Positions 25,885-27,065 of a DNA stretch of 27,065 nucleotides are shown here, piece after piece. Made by a program: the position numbers and the translations under genes. How positions within the stretch are numbered: the stretch's first letter is position 1; each line of letters opens with the position of its first letter. Origin of the DNA: a virus (taxonomy: Duplodnaviria > Caudoviricetes); the IMG/VR virus record IMGVR_UViG_3300032232_000469, positions 1 to 27,065 of that record. One strand, given 5' to 3'. The notes below the pieces were generated by a model that saw only the letters and a program-made list of their open reading frames with translations, was not told the DNA's origin and did no database searches.

Positions 25885-26037
25885 ATGAATGATAAGAGAT
25901 CGAATTTACCTGAAAAACAACCTAGTCCTGCAGGTAAGAAACCAAATGAGTTTAATGGGGTTTATGTATCTTCACATATAAAGATATTCGATCCCAACAG
26001 TAAAGAAGTTTATGTCCAGAAAAGGGGTGATAATTAA
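25885..26037 (+). CDS. Small hypothetical protein (50 aa), not in the ORF track; resembles the N-terminus of the next gene
   Basis: MNDKRSNLPEKQPSPAGKKPNEFNGVYVSSHIKIFDPNSKEVYVQKRGDN*. It fills the gap exactly, follows GATAAATA, and its TAA overlaps the next ATG (TAATG, 26035-26039). An in-frame alternative ATG lies at 25870. Confidence 0.8.
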   Translation: MNDKRSNLPEKQPSPAGKKPNEFNGVYVSSHIKIFDPNSKEVYVQKRGDN

Positions 26038-26657
26038 TGTCGATTGTAACGCTATCTTACAAAATCAATGGATTTTTAAAAATCTATGATCCCAAATCTG
26101 GTGAAGTTTTTGTTGAAAAGAACAATGCGATAAATTACGAAAACATGTCCGAAGCCATAGCTGATACCTTGAGTAGCAGGGGATATGGTGAGATTTACCA
26201 AATGGCGTTTGGTAACGGTGGTGCTTCAGTCGATTCGACCGGTGTTATTACTTATTTACCACCCAACACAACGGGACAAAATGCAGCACTGTACAATCAA
26301 ACATATGCAAAGATTGTGGATGATACTAGTGTTTTTAACTTAGACCCAACAAGAAACAAGATGACTGTTACGCATACAACGGGCAGGTTATATTCAGACA
26401 TTTTAGTACAATGTTTGTTAGATTACGGTGAGCCTGCAGGACAAGATGCATTCGACAATAGCACACAGACTGAATCAACTTATGTGTTTGATGAATTAGG
26501 ATTATTAGCCAACTACGGTACTGATAGTGAAGGCCAAGTAATTACCCGATTACTTACGCATGTGATTTTTCACCCAGTACAAAAATCATTGAATAGACAG
26601 ATTCAGATAGATTATACTATTCGTATTCAGTCGATCTCTAATCTAATAACGCTATGA
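26037..26657 (+). CDS. Putative baseplate/tail-fibre attachment structural protein (206 aa)
   Basis: Motifs MAFGNGG, LDYGEP, FDELGL and LTHVIFHPVQKSLNRQIQIDYTIRI resemble the N-terminal baseplate-attachment domains of myovirus tail-fibre/collar proteins (MAVGDGG...IREIGL pattern). It sits between the giant wedge gene and a fibre gene. Function is inferred. Confidence 0.7.
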   Translation: MSIVTLSYKINGFLKIYDPKSGEVFVEKNNAINYENMSEAIADTLSSRGYGEIYQMAFGNGGASVDSTGVITYLPPNTTGQNAALYNQTYAKIVDDTSVFNLDPTRNKMTVTHTTGRLYSDILVQCLLDYGEPAGQDAFDNSTQTESTYVFDELGLLANYGTDSEGQVITRLLTHVIFHPVQKSLNRQIQIDYTIRIQSISNLITL

Positions 26658-26673
26658 TACTGAAACAGATTAA

Positions 26674-26681
26674 GATAAATA
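26674..26681 (+). promoter_or_regulatory. Putative late promoter GATAAATA
   Basis: Exact octamer ending 22 nt upstream of ATG 26704. Confidence 0.7.
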
Positions 26682-26690
26682 ATAGAAAAC

Positions 26691-26694
26691 GGAG
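26691..26694 (+). promoter_or_regulatory. Shine-Dalgarno site GGAG
   Basis: GGAG ending 9 nt upstream of ATG 26704. Confidence 0.6.
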
Positions 26695-26703
26695 CGATTG
26701 ATT

Positions 26704-27065
26704 ATGTCATATACGATTGTCAAAACTGATGGTGCAGTGTTAACTACCATTGCTAATGGTACGATTAATACAACTAGCACCTCAATTTCATTACCGGGCA
26801 GAAACTATGCAGGTTACGGTGAATATTTAGATACTAACTTTGTTCACATGCTTGAGAACTTTGCTGACAACACTGTTCCATCAAACCCAATTCGAGGACA
26901 ACTGTGGTATAACACTAGTACTAGTACTATGTGTATCTGCCCAGCTGACGGTGAAACAACTGCTGCAAACTGGTATACTATTACTACTACTTCAAGCGGT
27001 GGTAACGCAACGTTTGGCAATTTAACGATTACCGGCAACTTGTTAGCTAATAATATTACTGCAAC
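26704..27065 (+). CDS. Tail-fibre / baseplate-associated fibre protein, N-terminal part (runs off the window; not in the ORF track)
   Basis: MSYTIVKTDGAVLTTIANGTINTTSTSISLPGRNYAGYGEYLDTNFVHMLENFADNTVPSNPIRGQLWYNTSTSTMCICPADGETTAANWYTITTTSSGGNATFGNLTITGNLLANNIT... The frame is open to the window end and preceded by an SD and GATAAATA. The G(R/K)NY.GYG...NF..LENFA...P..P..GQLWY pattern is one I recognise from large-myovirus fibre N-termini. Confidence 0.8.
   Translation, partial: MSYTIVKTDGAVLTTIANGTINTTSTSISLPGRNYAGYGEYLDTNFVHMLENFADNTVPSNPIRGQLWYNTSTSTMCICPADGETTAANWYTITTTSSGGNATFGNLTITGNLLANNITA

Noticed and set aside
1-27065. Alternative genetic code (stop-codon reassignment) as seen in some large phages
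   Set aside because: The standard code gives near-complete coding density including a 6543-codon ORF, and genes end in TAA or TGA at sensible junctions. TAG is simply not used as a stop here.

Overview
This window is an AT-rich, gene-dense segment with all credible genes on the + strand. It reads as the baseplate/tail morphogenesis cluster of a large T4-like (probably jumbo) contractile-tailed phage. The order is: the 3' part of a gp5/VgrG-like spike gene with a long unusual C-terminal extension (<1-2397), a gp25-like wedge subunit (2431-2883), an enlarged gp6/BaseplateJ-like wedge subunit (2942-6241), a giant 6543-aa virion protein in the gp7 position (6238-25869), an unannotated 50-aa ORF (25885-26037), a 206-aa structural protein (26037-26657) and the start of a tail-fibre-like gene (26704->27065). 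All four intergenic gaps contain the octamer GATAAATA, a variant of the T4 late promoter TATAAATA, and two copies are placed so as to give near-leaderless mRNAs. The most unusual feature is the architecture of the giant protein. It contains two 7-bladed beta-propellers and at least three families of small repeats that are inserted inside one another, up to three levels deep. One of these is a 46-aa module present six times, five copies exactly 138 nt long, in unrelated contexts. All family assignments come from motif recognition by eye; no database search was run.
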